From: an uncultured Rickettsiales bacterium
Lineage (GTDB): Bacteria > Pseudomonadota > Alphaproteobacteria > Rickettsiales > SXRF01
Length of the DNA stretch: 64,000 nt
Direction of reading: 5' to 3'
NCBI GenBank assembly: GCA_964405685.1
Contig: CAYOOP010000005.1
Location: 108,713 to 172,712, forward strand
In this document: positions 24,677 to 33,577 of the stretch, in pieces
How the letters are laid out: each line of letters begins with the position of its first letter
Numbering within the stretch: the first letter of the stretch is position 1
The notes under the pieces: generated by a model
What the model was told of the DNA's origin: nothing
The model's input: the letters and a program-made list of their open reading frames with translations, nothing else
Databases searched by the model: none
Position numbers and translations under genes: made by a program

Positions 24677-25696
24677 TTAAAACACCCGTGTCTCACAAAA
24701 ATCAACAATGTTGCCTAACGCCTCCCGTGCCGGGGTGGGCGGGAGTTTGGCGAGGGCGCGGCGAGCGTCGTCGCAATGGGTTTTGATGGTGGTTTTTAGT
24801 TCGTCGAAAATTTTGTGTTTGTGCATGAGTTCCATGGCGTGTTCGAGGTCGCCTTCGTGCTGTTCGCGTTCGCCCATGGCGCGTTCCCAGAATTGTTTCT
24901 CTTCTGTGCTCGCGTGTTTATAGGCGAGCAGGACGGGCAGGGTGAGTTTGCCTTCGCGGAAGTCGTCGCCTACGGTTTTGCCGAGGGTGTGCTCATCGGC
25001 GGTGTAATCAAGCAAGTCATCGACGATTTGGAAGGCAAGGCCGAGCGCGTTGCCGAAATGGGCGAGGGTTTTGCGGTGCTCGATTTTGCCGGTGATGACG
25101 GGGCTGATTTCGCACGCTGCCTCAAATAGCGCGGCGGTTTTGGCGTTGATGATGTCGTAATAGGTTGCGACTGAGGTGCTGACGTTGCCCTGGACGGTCA
25201 TTTGCAGCACTTCGCCTTTGGAGATCACCGCGGCGGCGTGGCTTAAAATATCGAGCACGTCGATGGTGCCATCCTCTACCATTAGGCGGAAGGATTGGGA
25301 GAAGAGGAAATCGCCTACCAGCACGCTCACCTTATTGCCAAACACTTCGTTGGCGGTGGCGAGGCCGCGGCGGAGTTTGCTTTCGTCCACCACGTCATCG
25401 TGGAGCAGCGTTGCCGTGTGAATAAATTCGACGGCGGCGGCCAAGGGAATGTGGCGGGTGTTGTTGGTGCTAAGGGCTTGTGCGGAAAGCAGGGTGAGCA
25501 GGGGGCGCAGGCGCTTGCCGCCGGAAGCGATGATGTGTTCGGCGGTGGATTTGATCAGCGGAATTTCGTGTTCGACGATGGTGAGGATAAGCGTGTTGAC
25601 GGCCTGCAAATCCTTCTCGGCGATTGCAAGCGCAGATTTCAGCAACTCATTCGGGCCGCTGGGTTTTCTATTTAAAAGCGCGCTCGCGTGTGACAC
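24677..25696 (-). CDS. ispB: Polyprenyl (octaprenyl-type) diphosphate synthase
   Basis: 339 aa with LLHDDVVDE and FQIVDDLLD aspartate-rich motifs. Confidence 0.8.
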   Translation of the reverse strand: MSHASALLNRKPSGPNELLKSALAIAEKDLQAVNTLILTIVEHEIPLIKSTAEHIIASGGKRLRPLLTLLSAQALSTNNTRHIPLAAAVEFIHTATLLHDDVVDESKLRRGLATANEVFGNKVSVLVGDFLFSQSFRLMVEDGTIDVLDILSHAAAVISKGEVLQMTVQGNVSTSVATYYDIINAKTAALFEAACEISPVITGKIEHRKTLAHFGNALGLAFQIVDDLLDYTADEHTLGKTVGDDFREGKLTLPVLLAYKHASTEEKQFWERAMGEREQHEGDLEHAMELMHKHKIFDELKTTIKTHCDDARRALAKLPPTPAREALGNIVDFCETRVF

Positions 25697-25971
25697 TAGG
25701 AATAATAGATGAGGGTATTGGTGATGAATTGCAGCGCCAAAATGAGCACCATGGGCGAGAGATCGAGGCCGCCCAAATGGGGTATGTATTTGCGGATGGG
25801 GCGTAAGAGCGGTTCTACCAGGCGGTCGAGTACCTCCATCACTTTGCGCACAAAGGGTTGGTAGGGATTGACGATGTTGAAATAGACCAACATGCTCAAG
25901 ATGACCCAGGCGAATAGGACATAGTTGTAGAGACTGATAATTTGGATGATAAGGACGATGATCGGGTTCAT
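25696..25971 (-). CDS. yggT: YggT-family membrane protein
   Basis: Track ORF 25696..26001. From MNPIIVL it has two TM segments and the GGLDLSP motif typical of YggT. Confidence 0.6.
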   Translation of the reverse strand: MNPIIVLIIQIISLYNYVLFAWVILSMLVYFNIVNPYQPFVRKVMEVLDRLVEPLLRPIRKYIPHLGGLDLSPMVLILALQFITNTLIYYS

Positions 25972-26123
25972 GAGGTGCCTTTCGTTGTGAGCCTTATACA
26001 AGGCTTTGGCAAGATCGGCAATGTGGTTTCTGTTGCGTATTTACTACAATAATCCTCAAAAAGAGAAAGGCGAGGGCGATAGGGTGAGGGAGTAAAGCGT
26101 TTTAATGCTACTATGGCCGCGTT

Positions 26124-26984
26124 ATGGCTTCCCAACCCGATGAAAATGCAACGCTTAGCATCACGGCGTTTATTGTCGCCGATACCTTGTGCGCGCTGCA
26201 GAAAACCGGCAAGTGGAAGCATTTACTGGATGGCATTGATGTCGATGCATACCGCCAATCGAAGAAAAAGGCGGAGGCGAATAGTTGGACGTTGAAGCTT
26301 ATGTCTGCCGTGCCCGCAGCGCTTAAAATCTGGACGATCAATACGCTGATTACCGCGCGGCTGGCGCAGCATTATGCGCTTCGCAAAACCACGATCCGTT
26401 CGTGGGTGGAGCCGCTGGTGGCAAGCTCGCGGGCGCAAGTGGTGGTGCTTGGGGCGGGGCATGATTTTCTGGCGCAGACCTTGGCGGCGAAATTTAGCGA
26501 TGTGTCGTTCATAGAGCTTGATCGGTGGAATGCGCGCAAGGAGTATGCAGGACTTACGAATATTCGCTTCGTGCAATGCGACTTTGTGAAAGAGTCGCTG
26601 GCGGAAGTGTTGCGGAAAAGTGGGTTCGATGTGTCGCTGCCTAGCGTGTTCATCGCCGAAGGGGTGCTGATGTATCTAAGTGAGGCCGAAGTGAAGCTCT
26701 TGTTTCAGGAGGTGAAGCAATTGGTGGGGCAGTCCCCATGCGCGTTTATTTTTACGGCGATTCGTTCGACCCAGGAACATACGACGCTGGTGGGGGGGAT
26801 TGCCAAAAAAATCATGAGTAATAATCGTGAGATGTATCAGTGGGCTATGGACAGCGAGCATATTCACGATTTTTTGGGAGCGGTTGGGTTCAAGCTTGAG
26901 AAAACCTCTTTATACAATGAATTGCACGGACTTCTTAATATGAAAAAATCAGAGGGTGAGAATATTTATTGTGCTATTTCGTAA
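26124..26984 (+). CDS. Class I SAM-dependent methyltransferase (LCMT/TIGR00027-like)
   Basis: 286 aa with VVVLGAGHDF (SAM motif I), IELD and VFIAEGVLMYL motifs. Confidence 0.7.
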   Translation: MASQPDENATLSITAFIVADTLCALQKTGKWKHLLDGIDVDAYRQSKKKAEANSWTLKLMSAVPAALKIWTINTLITARLAQHYALRKTTIRSWVEPLVASSRAQVVVLGAGHDFLAQTLAAKFSDVSFIELDRWNARKEYAGLTNIRFVQCDFVKESLAEVLRKSGFDVSLPSVFIAEGVLMYLSEAEVKLLFQEVKQLVGQSPCAFIFTAIRSTQEHTTLVGGIAKKIMSNNREMYQWAMDSEHIHDFLGAVGFKLEKTSLYNELHGLLNMKKSEGENIYCAIS

Positions 26985-27175
26985 CAAACTAGGAAAATAA
27001 TTCCTATATTGTTGACATATTGGTCGTTTTATTGTAGCCAGGGGGAGGAAGCGAGTGCAATGTGGCTCAATAGTTAATAATTTATTAGCAAGCGACGCCA
27101 TAGTTAAATATTTGTTTACATTTGATCGATGTTCGAGTATGCGCTCTCAAATATGGATCATGATGGAGAACGACG

Positions 27176-27892
27176 ATGGGCGAGAACGATGTTGTAAATT
27201 TCCTGCCGGAAGATGAAAAGACCTTGGAAGAGGCGCTTGCCAAGCGCTATTCGTCGAAAGGTTCGATTGCTCACGAGCCGGTGGTCTATGAATTCACGAC
27301 CGACCGCGCGCTCCTGCACCAATACTACCAACTCCGCGAACACATGTATCGCAAAGCGTTTAAGACCGACAAATTCGTCGGCCAAGAAGATGTGTATGAC
27401 AAGTTGAGCCATATCTTAATCGCCCGCCGCGGCAAGCTCTGCGTGGGCGGCATGCGCATTACGGTGCGTGAGGCTGATGAGGTGTTTGATTTGCCGATGG
27501 AAACGTCGGGCTTTTCTCTGAAAAATGCGCTGCCGGAGCTCGACCTTGGCATGTACCGCCACGCGGAAATTTCCCGTTTCGCCATTTTGGATAGCGAAGA
27601 AGACAAAGAGATTCTCTACAACATGTGCAAAGTGCTTTACGACAAGCTGTTGCAACTCGAAGTGGACTATGGCTTCGCGCGTTGCACCAAGCTGATGGCG
27701 CGCAGCTGGAAAATGTTCGCCAATAAATTCGGCTCCATCGGCACGCACGTGCGCGACGATATCAACCTGCCGGAAAACCCGCTGCACCCGGACATTCAGT
27801 GGTATTTGAATGTGTTTGTATCGCCGTATCTGCCGGCGAACGCGCCTGTAGAAACGGTGGAAGCGGAAGCGAACACCAGGGTGCTCCACTAG
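27176..27892 (+). CDS. LuxI-fold acyltransferase (autoinducer-synthase / N-acyl-amino-acid-synthase-like)
   Basis: 238 aa. Collinear with LuxI landmarks: LREHMY (LRxxVF), EDVYD (ExDxxD), GGMRIT (xxxRIL), ALPEL (TFPELL), AEISRFAI (WELSRFAI). The conserved Trp after the first motif is absent. Confidence 0.55.
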   Translation: MGENDVVNFLPEDEKTLEEALAKRYSSKGSIAHEPVVYEFTTDRALLHQYYQLREHMYRKAFKTDKFVGQEDVYDKLSHILIARRGKLCVGGMRITVREADEVFDLPMETSGFSLKNALPELDLGMYRHAEISRFAILDSEEDKEILYNMCKVLYDKLLQLEVDYGFARCTKLMARSWKMFANKFGSIGTHVRDDINLPENPLHPDIQWYLNVFVSPYLPANAPVETVEAEANTRVLH

Positions 27893-27958
27893 CTGAAAAC
27901 CATTTCCTTGATGGGAAAGTGATGGTACTAGAGGACCTGTAAACACGGGGTACACCTC

Positions 27959-29338
27959 ATGACCGACGAAGCCAAAAAATACACCGTCAACGGCCCGAAA
28001 GGGTGGCCGTTTTTTGGGTTGTTGAGAGAATCGCTGAAAGACCCATTGAAATTAGCGGTGCGTTTGTCTCAGGAGTATGGCGATATTATTCCGCTGACAG
28101 TGCTAGGGCAGCGCGTAATCCAGGTGAATCACCCGGATTTGGTGAAACATGTATTGGTTGAAAACCACAAGAATTACAGAAAAAGCAATCCCTATATTCG
28201 TTTTGAATCCGTGCTTGGTAAGGGCTTGTTTACCAGCGAAGGTGAGAAATGGCGGCGCGATCGGCAGAAAATTCAACCGATGTTTAAGCGCGAGCAAATT
28301 GAGGGATATTATTTTGATGTTATCAGCCAGATCGCCGACAAATATCATCGGCGGTGGACGCAGCTTACGGCTTCGGGGGCGGCACGCATCAACATCACCG
28401 CTGAAATGGCGGATATTACGTTGGAGGTGGTAACCAAGCTTGTGTTTGGCAGCCAGCTTTCCGATGCGGCCATTGCCGATATTCATCGCGCGTATGATGA
28501 GTTTATGGAATATCTACGGTTGCCGAGGCTCTTTCCTAAACTTGACCTACGCAAGCTTGCCCGTTTTCCTAGCTACCGGCGGTTTGAACAGCATTTGAAT
28601 GTGTTGAAAAGCTTGTTTGCGGATCTGCTGCAGCAGTACAAGCAGGGAGAGCAAACGGAAACATTGAATATGTTGGCGCTGTTGGTGGAAGCGCAGAAAA
28701 ATGACCCGGAACATTTTTCCGATGCGGAATTGCTCGATCAATGCTTCACCATGATTTTTGCAGGGTTTGAAACCACATCGATTTTGATGCAGTGGATGTG
28801 GAAAGTGCAGGATGAGAGGCCAGATGTACGGGAAGTGCTGCGTCAGGAGATTGCGCTTCAAACATCGGCGGGGCTGAACTATCAGGCTGTGAGTGGAATG
28901 GACCGTTTAAGTGCTTTTTTCCACGAAACAAGCCGGCTTTATCCGCCTATATGGTTAATTGGCAAGCAACCAATCGCTGATGATTGGTATGGCGATTATC
29001 ATGTGAAGAAGGATACGCTGGTGGTGATTCCCCAATTCACCATGCAGCGTCATCCGCGTTATTGGGAAAACCCTAATGCCTTTATTCTCGAACGGTTTTT
29101 GCCGTTGTCTGATGTGGTGTACGATACCGGGTTGTTTTTCCCTTTCTCGCACGGCCCTAGGAAATGCAGTGGGTTTAAGCTAGCGGAAATGGAAGCGAAG
29201 GTGATTTTTGCCAAGCTGCTGCCCTTCTTTGATGTTTCCATGCTCAACAGTGCATTAAACGGTTTTGACCCCGGTATTTCGCTCAAACCTGGCACTCCCC
29301 TTATTGCAGAGATTCGGCCGGTTACAGTGTCTCAATAA
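27959..29338 (+). CDS. Cytochrome P450 (CYP4-like clan)
   Basis: 459 aa with FAGFETTS (I-helix), ETSRLYPP (ExxR) and FSHGPRKCSGFKLAEME (haem Cys loop). Confidence 0.85.
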   Translation: MTDEAKKYTVNGPKGWPFFGLLRESLKDPLKLAVRLSQEYGDIIPLTVLGQRVIQVNHPDLVKHVLVENHKNYRKSNPYIRFESVLGKGLFTSEGEKWRRDRQKIQPMFKREQIEGYYFDVISQIADKYHRRWTQLTASGAARINITAEMADITLEVVTKLVFGSQLSDAAIADIHRAYDEFMEYLRLPRLFPKLDLRKLARFPSYRRFEQHLNVLKSLFADLLQQYKQGEQTETLNMLALLVEAQKNDPEHFSDAELLDQCFTMIFAGFETTSILMQWMWKVQDERPDVREVLRQEIALQTSAGLNYQAVSGMDRLSAFFHETSRLYPPIWLIGKQPIADDWYGDYHVKKDTLVVIPQFTMQRHPRYWENPNAFILERFLPLSDVVYDTGLFFPFSHGPRKCSGFKLAEMEAKVIFAKLLPFFDVSMLNSALNGFDPGISLKPGTPLIAEIRPVTVSQ

Positions 29339-29511
29339 GGCCGTTTGTGTTAATGGGGTGTTAAATTCGTGTGATAATCCTGCAACTCTTGCGGTCTGTA
29401 ACCGCCCCAAAACCGGCTATTTTCAAGCGTTAGGACTATATAGATAAACTTTTAAGCGTATTTTAAGCGAATTGCGTTTAACTCGGCCTCATCACCAATT
29501 GCGGAGGCTTT

Positions 29512-31491
29512 ATGCGCAACACGATTAACAAGCGTCTTATTCTTTCCACCATGCTCTATAGCATTGTCGGCGGAACTTACGCACAGGCAGCGGACGATAG
29601 CGTGCTGAACCTCTCGCTCGATCAGCTGAGTGAGATCGAGGTGACGTCCGTCTCCAAGAAAGCGGAGAAAGCAAAAGATGCGCCTGCGGCCATCTATGTT
29701 ATCACCCAAGAAGATATTCGCCGCTCAGGCATGACCAAATTGCCGGAACTCTTCCGCATGGTACCGGGCATGTCGGTAGCGCAAGCGGGTTCGAACGGTT
29801 GGGCCATCTCTGAACGTGGGTTCAATGATAAATTTGCTAACAAAGCACTCGTGCTGATTGATGGGCGCACCGTTTATAGCCCCATGTTCTCCGGGGTGCT
29901 GTGGGACGCGCAGGACGTGGTGCTTGAAGACATTGAACGTATTGAGGTGATTCGTGGTCCGGGTGCAACCCTGTGGGGCGCAAACGCAGTAAACGGTGTG
30001 ATCAACATCATCACCAAATCGGCTAAAGATACGCAAGGCAGTATGGCCGTTGCCGGTACGGGTACCTTGGACAGAGCCAATACGGTTCTTCGTCATGGTA
30101 TGAAAGTGGGCGAAGATACGTATGTGCGCACTTACGCAAAATATAATAATACCGATGAATTAAGGTCGCAGGCGGGCGATGGCGCTCAAGACGAATGGCA
30201 CAAAGAACAAGCAGGTTTCCGTGCGGATAGTAAGCTCAATGCAACCGATGATTTAACGGTGCAGGGGGATGTGTACCATGCATTAGAAAACAACTTGTAC
30301 TATCTGCCAGATCTTACGGCAGGTGCGTTGGTAACGCCTGCGCAGGTCGATGTGCAAGTCTCGGGTGCAAACTTGTTGATGCGTTACAATACCAATCTCT
30401 CCAATCAGTCGGCCCTTACTTTCCAAGCCTATTACGATGGTACGGACCGGAAGATTATTTCTTACAACAACCACACCGATACGCTCGACTTTGACTTGCA
30501 GCACGTGTGGACTGGCTTTACCGATCAGGAAATCGTTTCGGGTTTAGGGTATCGCTTAATCGCAGATAGCAATAAATACACCTACTACTACACGCTGACT
30601 GATTTGGATCGTAACGATCAGCTATTCAGTGCGTTTGTGCAGGATAAAATCGCCCTAGCGGATGATATCTTCCTCACTCTCGGTTCCAAATTTGAGCATA
30701 ATGATTATACGGGCTTTGAATATCAGCCGAGCGCCAGAATGTCGTGGCTGATTAATGAAGATCGGATGATGTGGGGTTCCGTTGCTCGTGCCATTCGTAC
30801 GCCTAACCGTTTCTCTGAAACCGGCTTACTTAAAGCAGCAGCAGGCGGTGGTGGATATTTAGTTTCTCACCCAAATCCGAACCTCGAATCGGAGCAATTG
30901 ATTGCTTATGAAATGGGGTATCGTTTCAAGCCGACGCAAAATACCAGTGTGGATTCTTCGGTGTTTTATAACGACTATAGCAATGTCGCAATCGGTAGCC
31001 TAGGCGCAGCCTATGCGGTTGTTGATCCTTTGCTTGGTGTCATCGGGCAACGTGATTTGGACGCAAGCAACAACAACGCCGCGCGTTCGTTCGGGATTGA
31101 GATCGATGGTAAGATGGACATCAGCCAAAACTGGCAGTTAGCCGCCGGGTATAGCTACATCGATCTGAAGTTTGCTCACCCATCTACGGGTTTTACGTTC
31201 GAAGGCAAAGAGCCGCGTAACCAATTCAACGTGCGTTCGACTTACAAACTTATGGACAACGTAGAAATGAGCAACGCGCTTTATTACGTGGATAATCTGC
31301 GTGGGATTAACGTGAAATCTTATCCGCGGTTTGATACGCGCCTGGGCTGGAACCCGATGCCGAATCTGGAGTTGAGCTTAACGGGGACCAACTTGTTGCG
31401 TGATCAGCACCAAGAGTTCAACGGCTTCGTCTACCAAGGCACGGCGGAAGTTCCGCGTGCTGTTTATGCTAACGCAACGCTGAAATTTTAA
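29512..31491 (+). CDS. TonB-dependent outer-membrane receptor
   Basis: 659 aa with a signal peptide, a plug domain (DAPAAIYVITQEDIRRSG, IEVIRGPGATLWGANAVNGVINIITK) and a terminal ...NATLKF. Confidence 0.8.
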   Translation: MRNTINKRLILSTMLYSIVGGTYAQAADDSVLNLSLDQLSEIEVTSVSKKAEKAKDAPAAIYVITQEDIRRSGMTKLPELFRMVPGMSVAQAGSNGWAISERGFNDKFANKALVLIDGRTVYSPMFSGVLWDAQDVVLEDIERIEVIRGPGATLWGANAVNGVINIITKSAKDTQGSMAVAGTGTLDRANTVLRHGMKVGEDTYVRTYAKYNNTDELRSQAGDGAQDEWHKEQAGFRADSKLNATDDLTVQGDVYHALENNLYYLPDLTAGALVTPAQVDVQVSGANLLMRYNTNLSNQSALTFQAYYDGTDRKIISYNNHTDTLDFDLQHVWTGFTDQEIVSGLGYRLIADSNKYTYYYTLTDLDRNDQLFSAFVQDKIALADDIFLTLGSKFEHNDYTGFEYQPSARMSWLINEDRMMWGSVARAIRTPNRFSETGLLKAAAGGGGYLVSHPNPNLESEQLIAYEMGYRFKPTQNTSVDSSVFYNDYSNVAIGSLGAAYAVVDPLLGVIGQRDLDASNNNAARSFGIEIDGKMDISQNWQLAAGYSYIDLKFAHPSTGFTFEGKEPRNQFNVRSTYKLMDNVEMSNALYYVDNLRGINVKSYPRFDTRLGWNPMPNLELSLTGTNLLRDQHQEFNGFVYQGTAEVPRAVYANATLKF

Positions 31492-31499
31492 GGGTACCC

Positions 31500-32006
31500 A
31501 TGCGGTTTTTCAAAACCCTGTCGCTCGGGCTGACGGTGGCGCTTTTGGCGCTGCAACCAGCGCGTGCGCAGGAACCCACCGAATATAACGTCAAAGCGGC
31601 CTTCGTTTATAACTTCACGAAATTCGTGGAGTGGCCGGGGGAGAGGGCGATTGGTTCGGTCAGCAGCATCAATATTTGTATGGTCGGCGGCAATCCGTTC
31701 GGCGAATCCATGGCGGTGTTTAAAAAAGCCAGCAGCGAGAAATTGAAACTCAACGTCGTGGATCGCAGCGCCGGGTCACTTGCTGGCTGCCATATTGCAT
31801 TTTTCAGCAGCGGCACGCCTACGGGTATTGGCGAGGGGATTTTGACGGTCGGTGAGGCTGATGGGTTTATTGATAATGGCGGGATGATTGGGTTCAAGCT
31901 CGTCAACAACAAGGTCAAATTGGAAGTTAACAAAACGGTGGCCGCGGCAGGCGGGCTGAAGATCAACCCGCAGCTGCTCGAGGTCGCCATTCGCGTGATA
32001 AAGTAG
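31500..32006 (+). CDS. YfiR-family periplasmic protein (DUF4154)
   Basis: 168 aa with a signal peptide and the YNVKAAFVYNFTKFVEWP signature. Confidence 0.7.
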   Translation: MRFFKTLSLGLTVALLALQPARAQEPTEYNVKAAFVYNFTKFVEWPGERAIGSVSSINICMVGGNPFGESMAVFKKASSEKLKLNVVDRSAGSLAGCHIAFFSSGTPTGIGEGILTVGEADGFIDNGGMIGFKLVNNKVKLEVNKTVAAAGGLKINPQLLEVAIRVIK

Positions 32007-32009
32007 CCT

Positions 32010-33533
32010 ATGGTTAGTTTGCGCAACACGTCGATTAAACAACACCTAACATTGATGATCATGGCGATCAGCACAATTTCGGTGTTGCTGACGACGTTTG
32101 CCATTTCGATCATCGGCGTGCACAATTTGAAGAGTAATATCTTGGATGGGTTGGTGACGTCGGCCAACATCGTCGGCGACCGAAACAAAGCTATCCTAGC
32201 GTTCGGTGATCCTGCGGATGCGGAGAAAAATTTGGAGAGCGTGTTTACCGTGCGCAACGAAGTGTTGCACGCGTGTTTGTATAATGGCATGGGCGTGTTG
32301 TTCGCGTCCTACCATGGCGCTGAACAAGCGAAAGAGTGCCCAACGGATAACCAAAACCGTGCCTTGATTGGCAGCGAGCATGCGGAGGTGATGCAGCCGA
32401 TTATCGACGGCGGCACGGTGGGTTTTATGTATATTGAATCCACGCTCGATGAAGTATCGCGGTTCGTGCGCAAGCAGTTTCAGATTGCTTTAAGCGTGAC
32501 GTTCGCGGTGTTGGTGGTGTCATATGTGCTGGCAATCCGGTTGCAGGCGCTTATTTCCAAGCCGATCTTAAGCTTAACACAAACGGCGCGGGCGGTATCG
32601 CTCGATAAGGATTACAATATTCGTGCAGCGCCGTTTGAGGGGCAGCCGATGGGCGAGCGCAATGAGCTTTCCACTTTGACCAATGCGTTTAACACCATGC
32701 TTACCGAAATCGGTGCGCGTGATACGCGTTTGAAGCAACAATACACCGAACTCGAACGCGCGAAAGATGCGGCTGAAGCCGCGAACCGCGCGAAATCGCA
32801 GTTCTTAGCCAATATTTCGCACGAATTGCGCACACCGCTCAATGCGATTATCGGGTTTTCTTCCATCATTTCGAATCAGCTGTTTGGGCCTTTGGGCGAT
32901 GGCAAATACCTTGAATATTCCAAGGACATCAACGATTCAGGCACGCATTTGCTTGAGATCATCAATGATATTCTCGATCTTTCCAAAGCCGAGGCCGGCA
33001 AGCTTTCGCTGAATTATGAAGAAGTCCATGTGCCGAAGGCGATTTTGAAATGTATCAATATTATTTCCGACCGTGCGGAGCGCGGGAAGGTCAAGGTCAC
33101 CTATGACGCACCGCGCACGCTGCCGCCGTTAATGGCGGACCGTTTGCGTTTTATTCAGATTTTGCTCAACGTGCTTTCGAATGCGGTGAAATTTACGCAA
33201 GAAGGCGGCACGGTGCATGTTTCCGTGCATACGGTGCTGGAGGGGAACGATATTGCGAGCTTCACCATCGCGGTTGCCGATACCGGCATCGGCATGAGCG
33301 AAGACGATATTCAAAAAGCCTTCCAAAGCTTCGGCCAGGTGGACAGCGGCTTGAATCGCAAATACGAAGGCGCAGGCCTCGGCATTCCGCTCACCAAACA
33401 ATTGATCGAATTGCACAAGGGTACGCTTGAAATCAACAGCGCCCCCGGCAAGGGTACGACGGTCTATATGAACTTCCCAGCCGTGCCGCCTGAGGGGTTG
33501 GTGATGGGTGTGTCGAATGTTGGACTTTTCTAA
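32010..33533 (+). CDS. Membrane sensor histidine kinase (periplasmic sensor-HAMP-HisKA-HATPase)
   Basis: 507 aa with two TM helices, the H-box SHELRTPLNAIIGFS, and N/G boxes (LLNVLSNAVKFT, DTGIGM, GAGLGIP). No response regulator lies adjacent. Confidence 0.8.
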   Translation: MVSLRNTSIKQHLTLMIMAISTISVLLTTFAISIIGVHNLKSNILDGLVTSANIVGDRNKAILAFGDPADAEKNLESVFTVRNEVLHACLYNGMGVLFASYHGAEQAKECPTDNQNRALIGSEHAEVMQPIIDGGTVGFMYIESTLDEVSRFVRKQFQIALSVTFAVLVVSYVLAIRLQALISKPILSLTQTARAVSLDKDYNIRAAPFEGQPMGERNELSTLTNAFNTMLTEIGARDTRLKQQYTELERAKDAAEAANRAKSQFLANISHELRTPLNAIIGFSSIISNQLFGPLGDGKYLEYSKDINDSGTHLLEIINDILDLSKAEAGKLSLNYEEVHVPKAILKCINIISDRAERGKVKVTYDAPRTLPPLMADRLRFIQILLNVLSNAVKFTQEGGTVHVSVHTVLEGNDIASFTIAVADTGIGMSEDDIQKAFQSFGQVDSGLNRKYEGAGLGIPLTKQLIELHKGTLEINSAPGKGTTVYMNFPAVPPEGLVMGVSNVGLF

Positions 33534-33577
33534 CATGAGTGGTATATCACAGAAATAACTCACAATTGGTAACACTT

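Noticed and set aside
27012-27040. TTGACA hexamer as the -35 element of a promoter for the acyltransferase gene
   Set aside because: No acceptable -10 hexamer lies at 16-18 nt spacing. TATTGT is only 12 nt away.
29370-29390. Fur-box-like GATAATC upstream of the TonB-dependent receptor, and a tandem TTTTAAGCG repeat at ~29449-29470
   Set aside because: Only a 7-8 nt partial match to the 19-bp Fur consensus. The 9-bp tandem repeat is short and could be chance. This is not enough to call a site.
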